Shown here: positions 12,733 through 27,289 of the stretch, piece by piece
Numbering within the stretch: position 1 is the stretch's first letter
How the letters are laid out: each line of letters begins with the position of its first letter
From: Octopus vulgaris
Lineage: Eukaryota
NCBI GenBank assembly: GCA_951406725.2
Contig: OX597827.1
Coordinates: forward strand, 71,796,001-71,860,000
Length of the DNA: 64,000 nucleotides
Reading direction: 5' to 3'
The notes under the pieces: model-generated
What the model saw: the letters and a program-made list of their open reading frames with translations, nothing else
What the model was told of the DNA's origin: nothing
Databases searched by the model: none
Position numbers and translations under genes: made by a program

Positions 12733-13185
12733 CCAATGAAATCAATGAAACCATTGATCATGTTGTCTCCAAATGCAGTTTTCTAGCGACTACAGAGTTT
12801 CTCAACAGGCATGATAGAGCTGCACAATATATTCCCTGGGTAATTTGCAAAAACCTGGATTTGCCCCATGAAAAAAACTGGTGGGAACACAAACCACCTC
12901 CAGTGCTTTAAAATGACCACATCTCACTTCTCTGGAACTTCACCATTCAAACTGACAGAAAGATAGACACGAATAGGTCAGACATCATAGTAAAAGACTT
13001 CAGACAAAGAACGTGCTTCCTCATTGAAAGAAGACGAGAAACAAAATACAACCCCTTAACATTTAAAATTTCAAGAATTTGGAAAATGAAAACTGTAAAG
13101 GTTGTGCCCATAATAATTGGTGCATTGGGTCTGTAAATGGAAATATAGACAAATGGCTAAAGGAGATTGGAATAGAATCTCCTCT
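12732..13185 (+). pseudogene. R4/Dong-like LINE fragment: CCHC knuckle and restriction-like endonuclease
   Basis: ETIDHVVSKC...RHDRAAQYIPW...WWEHKP...LLWNFTIQTDRKIDTNRSDII...VVPIIIGALG, with a stop codon and a deletion. Begins directly after (AAT)n. Confidence 0.8.
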
Positions 13186-13194
13186 TAGGAACAA

Positions 13195-13259
13195 TAAACA
13201 CACCAACATCGGTTGTCAAGCGATGTTGGGGGGACAAACAGAGACACACAAACACACAC

Positions 13260-13305
<46 letters not shown>

Positions 13306-13613
13306 CAACGACGGGTTTCTTTCAGTTTCCGTCTACCAAATCCACTCACAAAACTTTGGTCGACGCGAGCAATGCTAGAGGGACAATGCTAGAGGGACAA
13401 ACACAGACACACAAACATATACATACACATACATACATATATATGCATATATACGACAGGCTTCTTTCAGTTTCCGTCTACCAAATCCACTCACAAAACT
13501 TTGGTCGACGCGAGGCTATAGCAGAAGACACCTTGCTCAAGGTGCCACGCAGTGGGACTGAACCCGGAACCATGTGGGTTTGTAAGCAAGCTACTTACCA
13601 CACAGCCACTCCT
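13195..13613 (-). mobile_element. SINE family A with an internal duplication
   Basis: The family A middle segment occurs twice, followed by the head. Confidence 0.75.
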
Positions 13614-13918
13614 ATATGCACGTGCGTTTGTTTACACGAACACATAAGCGTGTTTGTGCTGGAGCACGTGTGCATATATGTGCATATAGAAATAAATGAA
13701 GGCGTAAGCAAGGCAGACAGATCAATATATATGTTTTATACGTTGGTTCGTTTAACTTGCTTATCCCTACACATTTACCTCTATACCCGCTCGAGTTTAA
13801 ATCTCTTGAGCACTACTTACTGTATTCTCTACGGAGAATATCTGATTCTCATCTATGAACTACATAGGTGCATGTATGTGTGTGGTAAGTGAAGAATGGA
13901 GTGGCGGGTATTACAACG

Positions 13919-14334
13919 CGGCGGGCTGGCAGAAACGTTAGCACGCCGGGCGAAATGCTTAGCGGTATTTTCGTCTGCCGTTACGTTCCGAGTTCAAATT
14001 CCGCCGAGGTCCACTTTGCCTTTCGTCCTTTCGGAGGTCGAATAAATAAGTACCAGTTACGCACTGGGGTCGATATAATGGATTTAATACCTATGTCTGT
14101 CCTTGTTTTTCCCCTCTGTGTTTAGCCCCTTGTGGGTAGTAAAGAAATAGGTATTTCGTCTGCCGCTATGTTCTGAGTTCAAATTCTGCCGAGGTCGACT
14201 TTGCCTTTCGTCCTTTCGGGGTCGATTAAATAAGTACCAGTTACGCACTGGGGTCGATGTAATCGACTTAATCCGTTTGTCTGTCCTTGTTTGTCTCCTC
14301 TGTGTTTAGCCCCTTGTGGGTAGTAAAGAAATAG
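13919..14334 (+). mobile_element. SINE B tandem dimer
   Basis: One full copy plus a headless copy joined at AAAGAAATA|GGTATTTCG. TSD-like GGTATTACA. Confidence 0.85.
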
Positions 14335-14454
14335 GTATTACATTTAGTGTATGTTTTACAATTATGCCAACTATATGTGGATGACAAATCAAACATTACC
14401 TACGAAGACACAGATGAAAACAATGATATAGTCATGACCACTATGTAATGTAAA

Positions 14455-14511
<57 letters not shown>

Positions 14512-14659
14512 TGTGTTAGAAGAAATAAGGAACTCAGAAATCTGGATGGTTTTATATTTACAGATTTTTATTAATATGTCACATGTTTTTATAAATCGTA
14601 TATTAGCGGTTGCGTCCACTCTAGTAGACTCTCCAGATTCAAATATATATATATATATA

Positions 14660-15076
14660 TATTTCGTTATTGTCCACAGGGGGCTAAACATAGAGGAGAC
14701 AAACAAGGACAGACAAAGGGATTAAGTTGATTACATCGACCCCAGTGCGTAACTGGTACTTATTTAATCGACCCCGAAAGGATGAAAGGTAAAGTCGAGC
14801 TCGGTGGAATTTGAACTCAGAACGTAATGGCAGACGAAATACCTATTTCTTTACTACCCACAAGGGGCTAAATACAGAAAGGACAAACAAGGACAGACAA
14901 ACGGATTAAGTCGATTATATCGACCTCAGTGCGTTACTGGTACTTATTTAATCGAACCCGAAAGGATGAAAGGCAAAGTCGACCTCGGCGGAATTTGAAC
15001 TCAGAACGTAGCAGCAAACGAAATACCGCTAAGCATTCTGCCCGGCGTGCTGACGATTCTGCCAGCTCGCCGCCTT
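14660..15076 (-). mobile_element. SINE B tandem dimer
   Basis: The same junction on the minus strand (plus strand CGAAATACC|TATTTCTTT at about 14844). Confidence 0.85.
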
Positions 15077-15704
15077 ATGCACACTATATAATAGACTGTG
15101 CAGTCATGTAATCATAACCGGACGAACGAATTCAATGCAAAAACAAATTGGTCGATTCCCTTAGATACGAAAAAATTCACATTACAGAAGGAATTCCTGG
15201 ATTCAAGTAGAAGGGACCAAATGTAGAATCTCAGCAAAATATTTATATTCTTTTCTACTCTAGGCACATGGCCCGAAAGTTTTGGGGAGGCGGGCAGTCG
15301 ATTAGATCGACCCCCAGGACGCAACTGGTACTTATTTTAACGATCCCCGAAAGGATGAAAGGCAAAGTTGAACTCGCTGGAATTTGAACTCAGAACATGA
15401 AGACAGACGAAATGCTGCTAAGCATTTCGCCCCGCGTGCTAACGCGGATTACTCAGCCATTTACAAGTTAATTTGACGAGCAGGCTATTCCGTTGATCGG
15501 ATCAACTGGAACCCTCGTCGTCGTAACCGACGGACTGCCACGTCATATATGTATATATGTGTGTATACATACGCACATACGCATATATATATATATATAT
15601 ATATATCACATATGTATACTTACTCAAACACACGTATATATGCGTGTTTGCATACAGATACAAACCTATATATATGTGGGGGAATGTATGTATGTATGTA
15701 TGTA

Positions 15705-15936
15705 TATTTCTTTACTACCCACAAGGGGCTAAACACAGACGGGACAAACAAGGACAGACGAACGGATTAAGTCGATTATATCGACCCCAGTGTGTAACTG
15801 GTACTTAATTTATCGACCCCGAAAGGATGAAAGGCAAAGTCGACCTCGGCGGAATTTGAACTCGGAACGTGACGACAGACGAAATACAGCTACGCATTTC
15901 GCCTGGCGTGCTAACGTTTCTGCCAGCTCGCCGCCT
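15705..15936 (-). mobile_element. SINE B
   Basis: Full-length family match within (TATG)n. Confidence 0.85.
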
Positions 15937-16386
15937 TTTAAATGTATGTATGTATGTATGTATGTATGTATGTATGTATGTATGTATGTATATGTATGTA
16001 TGTATGTATGTGTGTGTGTATGTATGTATGTATGTATGTATGTATGTATGTATGTATGTATGTGTGTATGGGTGTCTCCTTGGATGCATAGATATATGTA
16101 TGTGTGCATGCATTCATATATGTATGCATGTGTGCATGTATGTAGCTATGTATGTATGAATGTATAAACGTATGTATGTATGTATTATGTATGTATGTAT
16201 GTATGTATATGCGTGCGTGCGTGTATATGTGTGCGCGCGCGTGTGCATAAAACCCCCTTGCAGAAAATATTTTGGGGGATGCATAGGAAGAATAGGAGTT
16301 GTTAGAGGGTGGGAGAAAGAGAGAGAGAGAGTGAGGAAAGAAAGTGTGTGTGTTTGTGTGTGTGTGTGTGTGTGTTTCTGTGTGTA

Positions 16387-16428
<42 letters not shown>

Positions 16429-16566
16429 GTGAACGCATCTTTGAACTAAAGATTTTGTCAGGTAAATTTGGTGAGGCAGGCTGCCAGTTCTTGTCTAACA
16501 ACAATATTTATTTACATCATTTGATTTCAAATCTTTTGTAGCTTAAAGTCGACCATTGAAATAATG

Positions 16567-16650
<84 letters not shown>

Positions 16651-17249
16651 TTTTTTTTTCTGTGTTTATTGATGCTGTTGTTTGGCCTGTGTATGTATAC
16701 TTGTGAATTTCGAAAATAACATTTCCGCCTGCAAGCTTGCTTTGAAGTCGTTTCTAAGAATTCGGCAGGTTTACCGTTAGAAATAAACAACATGGGGGGA
16801 AAAAAACAAAAAAAAAACTAAAAAAAAAACTAAAAACAAAAAACTAAAAAAAAAAAAAAACTACAAAGAGTTTGAACTCATGACCTTCGTGCAAGTTGTC
16901 CAATATTTTATCATTTTGGCTTCCAGATCTCCTTTGCTGTAAATATCGTTGAGCTGATAAAACTTGGTGGCTTAACCCTTCTGTTACCATATCATGTCTG
17001 GCATACACTCCCATTATTTCAATTCATTCGGAAAATAACGAATTTAATAAAAATAAACTTTATCCTTATTAATCTAGAATTTGAAACATAAATCAGGGTG
17101 AAATTTTGATAGTAGATTTTAATTTAGATCATACTAAACAGGAAATTTATATCACAGAAGTCGTGGTTTTTGGACAGTCAAAAATAAGAGAGGAGCGAAT
17201 AATAAGCAAATAAGCCTGTATGAGCACGGCTGTATATATGTATGTGTGC

Positions 17250-17285
<36 letters not shown>

Positions 17286-17399
17286 AAGGGGGTGAGTGAG
17301 AGAGAGTAAATAGAAATTTCGGAATAAGTTTTTCACTTCTTTTCGGGTATGGCCGACAGTTACTGTGTGTCTATCACCGCTATTTTCTCTCCTTTAACT

Positions 17400-17870
17400 G
17401 GTACTCTGTCGGTTACAACGACGTGGGTCCCGGCTGATCCGGTCAGCTCGTGAAATTAACATGCAAGTGGCTGAGTCCTCCACAGACACGCGTAATCCTT
17501 AACACTTTAGTGTTCAGATTACTCTGTTAAATATAATACTTTTTCACTCAAATTGTTTTGAATTAATCATGCATTATCTTATAGCTTTGAGGTTTCAGTG
17601 ATGTGATTGTTTATTTTTAGCATGACATTGTAGGTTAAGTGTGAGAGGCTAGATATCGCCAGTTTGAATATAAAACATTTAGAATATTTGGGCCGGATAT
17701 AGCCGGTTTAAACACTAGTTCTCGGGAGATTCACCGTGGCACAGAGTGTGACAAGGCTGGCCCTTTGAAATACAGGTACTACTCATTTTTGCCAGTTGAG
17801 TGGACTGGAGTAACGTGAAAATGAAGTGTCTGGCATACAGCGAACCGCCGGGAATCGAACTCACGATCTT
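17400..17870 (-). mobile_element. SINE sharing the family C 3' half, interrupted by a TTAA-site MITE at about 17499-17718
   Basis: The SINE sequence breaks at CCTTAA and resumes at TAGTTCTCGGGAG. Confidence 0.6.
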
Positions 17871-18059
17871 AAGCCAAATGCACCTTCACAAACTGTCTTT
17901 TATTAAAAACAGCATACGTACATCTGGTAGGCTCCTGATATCTTTTTAAGGCGGCGAGCTGGCAGAAACGTTAGCACGCCGGGCGAAATGCTTTGTGGTA
18001 TTTCGTCTGCCGCTACGTTCTGAGTTCAAATTCCGCCGGGGTCGACTTTGTCTTCCAAC

Positions 18060-18269
18060 GTGGCCATGTTGGAGCACCGACTTGAAAGATTTAGTTGGGA
18101 AAATCAAACCCGGTATTTTTAAAGCCTGGTAATTATTCTAGAAGTCTCTTTTGCCGAACTACTAATGTTACGTGGATATAAACACACCAACACCGGTTGT
18201 CAAATGTTGGTGAGAGACAAACGCAGACACACTCAAAGACATACGCTCACACACACACACATACATATA

Positions 18270-18351
<82 letters not shown>

Positions 18352-18548
18352 TGTACATATATATACATTTATATACATATGTATATATTTATATACATAC
18401 TTCTTTCAGTCTCCACCTCCCAAATCCACTCACAAGGCTTTGGTCGACCCGAGGACCGACCAAAGACACTTCTCCAAGGTGCCACGCAGACGGACTGAAC
18501 CCAAAATCATGTGGTTGGGAAGCAAGCTTCTTACCACACAGTCACGCA
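18060..18548 (-). mobile_element. Degraded SINE family A
   Basis: Diverged family match. Confidence 0.7.
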
Positions 18549-18592
18549 TTCACTGTTATTTTCTCTCTCTCTCTCCCTCCCTCTCTCTCTTT

Positions 18593-18636
<44 letters not shown>

Positions 18637-18641
<5 letters not shown>

Positions 18642-19003
18642 TTAGGGAATAAATCCAAATTTACAGGGAAAAAATCAGATTTAGGATTAAATCCAATTTT
18701 ATAGTAAAATATTATAAAATATTATTAGAGACAAAACCACTATTTTGCAAAACAAACAAGGAAAGACTTAATCAATACATAAAATTTTAATAAATAGTCA
18801 AAAAAACCGCCACTACAATTGTTTCTTGTCTTGATCGACAATCTTCAGGTGGACTTCCAATAAGTCAGTTTCAAATTATGAAGATTGTCGATCAAGACAA
18901 GAAACAATTGTAGTGGCGGTTTTTTTGACTATTTATTAAAATTTTATGTATTGATTAAGTCTTTCCTTGTTTGTTTTGCAAAATAGTGGTTTTGTCTCTA
19001 ATA

Positions 19004-19013
<10 letters not shown>
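18637..19013 (-). mobile_element. Fold-back element in (TA)n carrying a hammerhead ribozyme
   Basis: Arms 18713-18847 and 18879-19013 of about 135 bp, a 31-nt spacer and a tail on the left. Confidence 0.85.
18810..18852 (-). ncRNA. Minimal type I hammerhead ribozyme with canonical core
   Basis: CCAC-CUGAAGA-UUGUC-GAUCAA-GACAA-GAAA-CAAUUG-UA-GUGG. Stem I has 4 bp, stem II 5 bp, stem III is palindromic (ACAAUUGU) and the cleavage triplet is GUA. Confidence 0.85.
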
Positions 19014-19056
<43 letters not shown>

Positions 19057-19190
19057 GGGGGAATTGAACAGCCGAAATTTGCTATGATGATTCGGTGTCT
19101 GACTGAAGATTGAAGGCTTCGAATGATTTGTCTGTGTTCCGTGTTTGTCCCTTCCTGTATTTCACGTTCTTTATATATAAAACATTTATT

Positions 19191-19245
<55 letters not shown>

Positions 19246-19795
19246 CTTTCCTCCTCTCTCTACACACACAACTATCTTTCTACCTATCTCTTTGTCTCTA
19301 TTCAAATCCATCTCTTAATAAACGGCTTTGCTTTAAATGTCTTTTCCACACAATTTAATAACTCTTCGTTTACTCTTGGTCTCTCACACGCGCTCGCGCT
19401 TTCCCTTGGCTTAACCTCCACGACGCAGACTAATAATTAGATTTCCCAGATTCTAGATTTTGTCTTTATCCATATAACTATGCTTCGATGTATTGATTTT
19501 TTTCTTCCCTTTTCTGATCTTGCTGATCACGTTGGCCAAACAACAATGACATTATCCCGGGGTCTGACGATGCATTTCAAATAGCGCTCGGCTCGCACGA
19601 AGGTAAATAAATATTATATTGCATTAACTAAAAAGAATAGTAAAAATATTTCCGAACAATACTGAAATTATAGATATGTATATACTAAAACACAAACACA
19701 CAGAATTATCGCAGAATCATTATTTACAATACAATTTCGGCCTCATACCTCGTATATGGTTGTTGGGGGGAGTGTTTGATATTGTTGTTGTTGTT

Positions 19796-19796
<1 letters not shown>

Positions 19797-19870
<74 letters not shown>

Positions 19871-19882
19871 CGGATGATGATA

Positions 19883-19969
<87 letters not shown>

Positions 19970-19982
19970 GTGATGATGATGG

Positions 19983-20014
<32 letters not shown>

Positions 20015-20066
20015 GTGATGATGATGGTGATGATGATGATGATGATGACGATGATGATGATGATGG

Positions 20067-20098
<32 letters not shown>

Positions 20099-20111
20099 GT
20101 GATGATGATGG

Positions 20112-20172
<61 letters not shown>

Positions 20173-20204
20173 GATGATGAGGAGGAGGAGGAGGAGGAGG
20201 AGGA
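19797..20204. repeat. (GAT)n microsatellite grading into (GAG)n
   Basis: Read directly from the sequence. Confidence 0.95.
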
Positions 20205-20639
20205 GAATATTTTTTTGGCACTAGGTCAACCCTAACAACGCTGCTGCATATCTTCCGCCACAAATATGAGCATTTGCAGTGTGCTGGGAAGGGTACGATC
20301 TCTGGTGTGGTGTTTGTCGTACCCTTCCGAGAGTTGACCGTCCATCATTGGCCCCACTAACAGCCTGCCCTCACCTGTCGCTCCATTTAAGCTGTTAGCA
20401 TGCGACAGCCTTCATACCCCGGGCAGCGGTTTCGACAGGCTGGCTTAACCAGGCGGGAGTAGCCGATGGTGAATCAGGGACCCGTCTATCCCAACGAAGA
20501 TTAAATGAAGATTAAAAGTTAAGAAGATGGTGTCAGCAAACGACGAGCATTGCTCGATGCATAGAAAGAGGAGGAGGGTGCCTTGGTCTTCCACTGCGCC
20601 TGGCCTCGCCTCTAGCCGTCTCGATGTCTGTCTTGCACT

Positions 20640-22178
<1,539 letters not shown>

Positions 22179-22225
22179 CATACATACATACATACATACA
22201 TACATACATACATACATACATACAT

Positions 22226-22972
22226 ACAACTTATAAACAAGGGCAAAAGAAAAATTCAATGCCAAATATGCCGAAAATACACAAAATCATCAATAACCCT
22301 ATAATTCATCACTTGCTTCGTGACGCGAGCTTATAGTGATAAATTATATGGTTATTGACGATTTTGTCTATTTCCGGCATATTTGGCATTGGAATTTTTT
22401 CTTTTGCCCTTGTTTATAAGTTGTTTATAAATTTAACCATTAAAGGTATTTTTTTAATATGCTGGCCATTGATAAAATTTTTTCCGAAAAATTTTATCCT
22501 ATATTAGATAATGTTCACTTCCGGACTCTCTCACTCGATGAGAGTTTTCAGTCCGATCGCACGTGTCTCGAGGTGTGCTGGAGAATTTCTATTTTGGATA
22601 TATTTGGGGTACTTAATTGTGCTCATGACTTAGTGTTTGCTTCTTCCATGGGTATAAGTAAGTATTTCCTTTATTTCTTACCGCATTTATCGCTGACGAG
22701 GAGAAAATTCTTATGAATTAACTCTGAAATCGGGGCCGATATGATAATAACGGAATTTTTCAGAAATTTCTGTCGACTTCCTTCAAGACGCGTGCTTATA
22801 GTGATGAATTATATTGTTATTGACGATTTTGTCTATTTTTGGCATATTTGGCATGGGAATTTTTTTCTTTTGTCCTTGTTTATAAGTTGTTTATAGATTT
22901 AACCTTTAAAGGTATTTTTAATATGCTGGCCATTGATAGAATTTTTTTCGAAAAATTTTATCCTATATTAGA

Positions 22973-22973
<1 letters not shown>
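22226..22973 (+). mobile_element. Non-coding pLTR/retrozyme-like element: inverted arm plus about 1.4 tandem monomers with a hammerhead
   Basis: Direct repeats 22322-22509 and 22787-22973 (period 465 bp), inverted arms 22226-22313 and 22335-22424, and microsatellite flanks. Confidence 0.8.
22687..22747 (+). ncRNA. Type I hammerhead ribozyme with canonical core and extended stem II
   Basis: UUAUCG-CUGACGA-GGAG..AAUUC-UUAU-GAAUU..CUCU-GAAA-UCGGGGCCGA-UA-UGAUAA. Confidence 0.85.
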
Positions 22974-23036
<63 letters not shown>

Positions 23037-23049
23037 TACACACACACAT

Positions 23050-23249
23050 ATTGTTGGTGATGCTTTTCCCCTTCTTACTTTTACTTTTCTTTTGGACTTT
23101 CCTATGTCTCCTGTTTCCGAAGAAGAGCTATGCTTGAAACGTAAAACACCACTCTTTCCTTCCTTGAGCGTCTTATTAATACTTTGTATGCGCTACGTCC
23201 TCGCATTGTTGTTTTTTATGCTGTCTTTATTCTCCGTTTTTAATCAACT

Positions 23250-23250
<1 letters not shown>
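23050..23250 (+). mobile_element. Small hammerhead-like element, subfamily E1
   Basis: GTTT-CCGAAGA-A-GAGC-TAT-GCTT-GAAA-CG-TA-AAAC at about 23113-23147. Confidence 0.65.
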
Positions 23251-23319
<69 letters not shown>

Positions 23320-23619
23320 ATTTATGTATATCTGTATATGTGTGTGTTTGTACACGTTTGTGTGTGTGAGATGGATGGCCGCGTGAGTGTATGATAGTAG
23401 GTAGGTAGGTAGATAGGTAGGTAGATAGGTAGGTAGGTAGGTTGTTAGAATGACATCAAGGAATCAAGGATAGTGTATGAAGCAACTGAAGAAGGAAAAC
23501 GTAGATGAATGATCTGTCACGATAAAAGGATATCGCCATATTGGATCGGTTGATCGGTTGTTGACAGCCTATTGTAGAGAATATCAACATCGTTGATATG
23601 ATATATTATTTCCATTAAA

Positions 23620-24426
23620 GGTGAAGAGTTTGGTATTGAGAAATGGAGAAATAATAAGGATAATAATGAGAACGAAGGAGGGTGAGGAGAAAGAAAGGGG
23701 AAAAAGAACAAAGCAATGTGTAAGATTGTAGCGACTATGCTGAATATAATGAAAAGTGGAGGGAGAAGGAGGTGGAGGAGTGAGAGGAGGAGTAAGGAGA
23801 AAGAGCAGAAGTGGACGTAGGAAAAGAAAACAAAGTAGAAAAACGAGGAGGAGGAGGAGGAGGAGGAGGAGGAGGCGGAGGAGGAGGAGGATGAGGAAGT
23901 GGGAAAGGAAAAAGGAGTAGGGGACGGAGAAGAGAAAAGCAAGGAGGAGGAGATGATAATGATGAGGATGATAATGATGATGATGTTGACGACGAGAAGG
24001 AGGAGGAGGGGAGGAGAAGAAGAGAACGAGAGACAGAGGGGTCAGTGAAGGAGAGAGGAAGAGCAAGAGGGTAAAGAGAAAGGGGAGACGGAGAAGAAAA
24101 AGTGAAGGAGGAAAACAGCAATAAAAAAACAAAGAAGAAGAAGAAGGAGGAGGAGGAGGAGGAGGAGGATGAGAAGGAGAAGGAGGAGGAGAAGAAGGAG
24201 AAGAAGAAGAAGAAGAAGAAGAAGAAGAAGAAGAAGAAGAAGAAGAGGAGGAGAAGGAGGAGAAGGAGAAGAAGAAGAAGAAGAAGAAGAAGAAGAAGAA
24301 GAAGAAGAAGAAGAAAAAGACGACGACGACGACGACGACGATGATGATGATGATGATTTAAGAGAGTGGGGAAACGAGGAAGAGAGAGAGAACCAAAAGT
24401 CAGGAGACATATGAAGGAAGTGAAAA

Positions 24427-24458
<32 letters not shown>

Positions 24459-24480
24459 AGGAAAGAAAGAAAAGAATAAA
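23620..24480. repeat. Purine-rich (GAG/AAG/GAAA) low-complexity tract
   Basis: Read directly from the sequence. Confidence 0.9.
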
Positions 24481-24835
24481 TAATGAATAATAAAAACAAA
24501 TTATAAAATAAACGCTATAAAATGTTAGTAGGCTTATAAATTGTTTTTGAAACAATGTTGGGTTAGCTAAATCGATCATTTAACATTACGAGACGTGAGT
24601 AATCGATGACTTTACTTTATGGCAGACTAACAGACAGACAGGCAGGCTGGCAGACATAATAAGTCGATAGTGTAATGTTGTGTCGTTTTATAAAGCTGAC
24701 AAGTAGCTTACGTGTGGTTTTTACTATGGCCGACCGATCGACAATCTAACATTAAAAATGATTAACTGTAAAAAAGCCGAGGCTGGCCTTTTTCTATCTG
24801 TTTGCTTTATTTTGCGTGATCGATATTCTGAGAAG

Positions 24836-24868
24836 TTGCTATTGCTGCTGCTGCTGCTGCTGCAGTTA

Positions 24869-24947
<79 letters not shown>

Positions 24948-24982
24948 CATCATCATTATCATCATCATCATCATTATTATTA

Positions 24983-25043
<61 letters not shown>

Positions 25044-25044
25044 C

Positions 25045-25076
<32 letters not shown>

Positions 25077-25079
25077 TAC

Positions 25080-25115
<36 letters not shown>

Positions 25116-25219
25116 CATTATTATTATTATTATTATTATCATTATTATCATCATCATTATTATTATTATTATCATTATTATTATTATCATCATTATTATC
25201 ATCATCATCATCATCATCA

Positions 25220-25274
<55 letters not shown>

Positions 25275-25391
25275 TATTATTATCATTACTATTATTATTA
25301 TTATCATCATTATCATTATTATTATTATCATTATCATCATCATCATCATCATCATTATTATTATTATTTTTATTATTGTTATTATTATTAT
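24836..25391. repeat. (CTG)n-(TTA/TCA)n compound microsatellite
   Basis: Read directly from the sequence. Confidence 0.95.
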
Positions 25392-25439
25392 AGTCCATAC
25401 TTTTTGCACGCCCCCCCCCCCCAGTCTATTCGCATTACT

Positions 25440-26260
25440 ATTTAGTCATGGCGTTTTTTGTACTCCTTTTGGGCCGGTTTTTGAACATCCGCTAATCATA
25501 TGACTAAACTGTCTCAGATGGTTTCTCACATAATCTACACAAAGGTGGTGCTGCTGTCTTATCAACGCTACACTGGATTGGGTTGGTCCGTAATGCCAGT
25601 TCTTCAGCAGCAAGAAACAATCCTTCTGTCTCTTTCTTCAAAAATCCGTACCTTAACCATCTCCGAGATTCTTCATCAGCTTCATCCGATGTTTGATGGA
25701 AAAGCTCCCCCTGTATGATTTTTCTCTTTCCAGTTGATGATATTCTCTTTATTAGTCCTCAATTTGTGTTCCTGGGGGGGGGGTCTCGTCATTGTCACTG
25801 ATCCCCTTCTCGATCACTGCAGCCTGCAACATTCTTCCATCGCTATTTCTCAGATAGGCATGCAAAGATTTTGATCTCCTTCACAACACTATCCTCCATT
25901 CCAACCAGTCCTCTTCCACCTTCCTTCCGAGGTAAGTAAAGCCCCGCCGCCTCACTTCTTGTATGAAGGCACCCATGCATAGCCATTATCGTCCTCGTTT
26001 TTCCGTTCTACGCGTTGATGCCTCTAATCAGGTTTTCTCCATTCAGCCTGGATCTACATAGCTTCTTAACTCTTCTGGTATATTCAAAAGAAATCTTTTC
26101 CTTCATCTTGGTGTTCAACATTTGGCCTAATTGTAAATCACCCATACACGTGTAACCTTCTCTGTTCATTTCTCTTGTGCGCTCATCATCAGGAAGTTGT
26201 ACTCCGCTACTGTCTACCTTTCACCCTCTCCTCAGTTCATCTTGGCCAAATATCATCTAG
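25440..26260 (-). pseudogene. Degraded R4/Dong-like LINE fragment (post-RT region and CCHC knuckle)
   Basis: Minus strand MHGCLHTRSEAAGLYLPRKEGGRGL and CRLCEKPSETV...SGCSK...EYKKRHD, with frameshifts. Confidence 0.75.
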
Positions 26261-26415
26261 GTGTCATGTGAGGAAATACGCGGCTTAATGAAAGTGGATG
26301 TACCGAAGTTTTGTGACTTTCTACAGTGTATCCACGTTAAGTAAGGTATACAGATTGTCATTTTAAAAGATTCATTGTTTTCGAAATTAAGTGATGGTAA
26401 TTTATTCGAGCAAGA

Positions 26416-27015
26416 GCGGCGAGCTGGCAGAAACGTTAGCATGCCGGGCGAAATGCGTAGCCGTATTTCGTCTGCCGTATTTCGTTCTGAGTTCAAATTC
26501 CGCCGAGGTCGACTTTGCCTTTCATCTTTTCCGGGTTGATTAAATAAGTACCAGTTATGCACTGGGGTCGATATAATCGACTTAATCCGTTTGTCTGTCC
26601 TTATTTGTCCCCTCTGTGTTTAGCCCCTTGTGGGTAGTAAAGAAATAGGTATTTCGTCTGCCGTTACGTTCTGAGTTCAAATTCCGCCGAGGTCGACTTT
26701 ACCTTTCATCCTTTCCGGGTTGATTAAATAAGTACCAGTTATGCACTGGGGTCGATATAATCGACTTAATCCGTTTGTCTGTCCTTGTTTGTCCCCTCTG
26801 TGTTTAGCCCCTTGTGGGTAGTAAAGAAATAGGTATTTCGTCTGCCGTTACGTTCTGAGTTCAAATTCCGCCGAGGTCGACTTTGCCTTTCATCCTTTCC
26901 GGGTTGATTAAATAAGTACCAGTTACGCACTGGGGTCGATATAATCGACTTAATCCGTTTGTCTGTCCTTGTTTGTCCCCTCTGTGTTTAGCCCCTTGTG
27001 GATAGTAAAGAAATA
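26416..27015 (+). mobile_element. SINE B tandem trimer
   Basis: One head and three bodies. An 18-bp TSD GGTAATTTATTCGAGCAA flanks the whole array. Confidence 0.9.
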
Positions 27016-27289
27016 GGTAATTTATTCGAGCAAAGATATGGTAGCCAAACAATCAAAGCGATCAGCTACTCCACAGCAGGAATTTTTAGTAAAGATTAGG
27101 TTAATCCATGAACATTGCTTGGTGCATTTACTGAATGAAACCCCGCCTGCTCCTCGATCGTCTGCTGGTTTGAACGATCGACCAATCAGAATTGACGGGA
27201 TCTGAACTTGTCACCGAGCCCAGTCGTTTCACATCTCTTAAACCAATAAGGAGGCGTATTGACCTCGTAAATATCGAATGAGTTCGATT

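Noticed and set aside
16775-16793. ATG...G|GTAAAC as candidate first coding exon of the iGluR
   Set aside because: Only six codons, too short for a signal peptide, with a weak donor.
20222-20490. GC-richer segment possibly a LINE 5' UTR with an HDV-like ribozyme
   Set aside because: I could not build the nested pseudoknot by eye.
24712-24765. Possible 54-nt minus-strand exon with good splice signals
   Set aside because: It has a stop in phase 1 and no signal-peptide character. It cannot be supported without transcripts.
27140-27260. GC box and two CCAAT boxes suggesting a promoter
   Set aside because: Short motifs are expected by chance, and no linked exon was identified.
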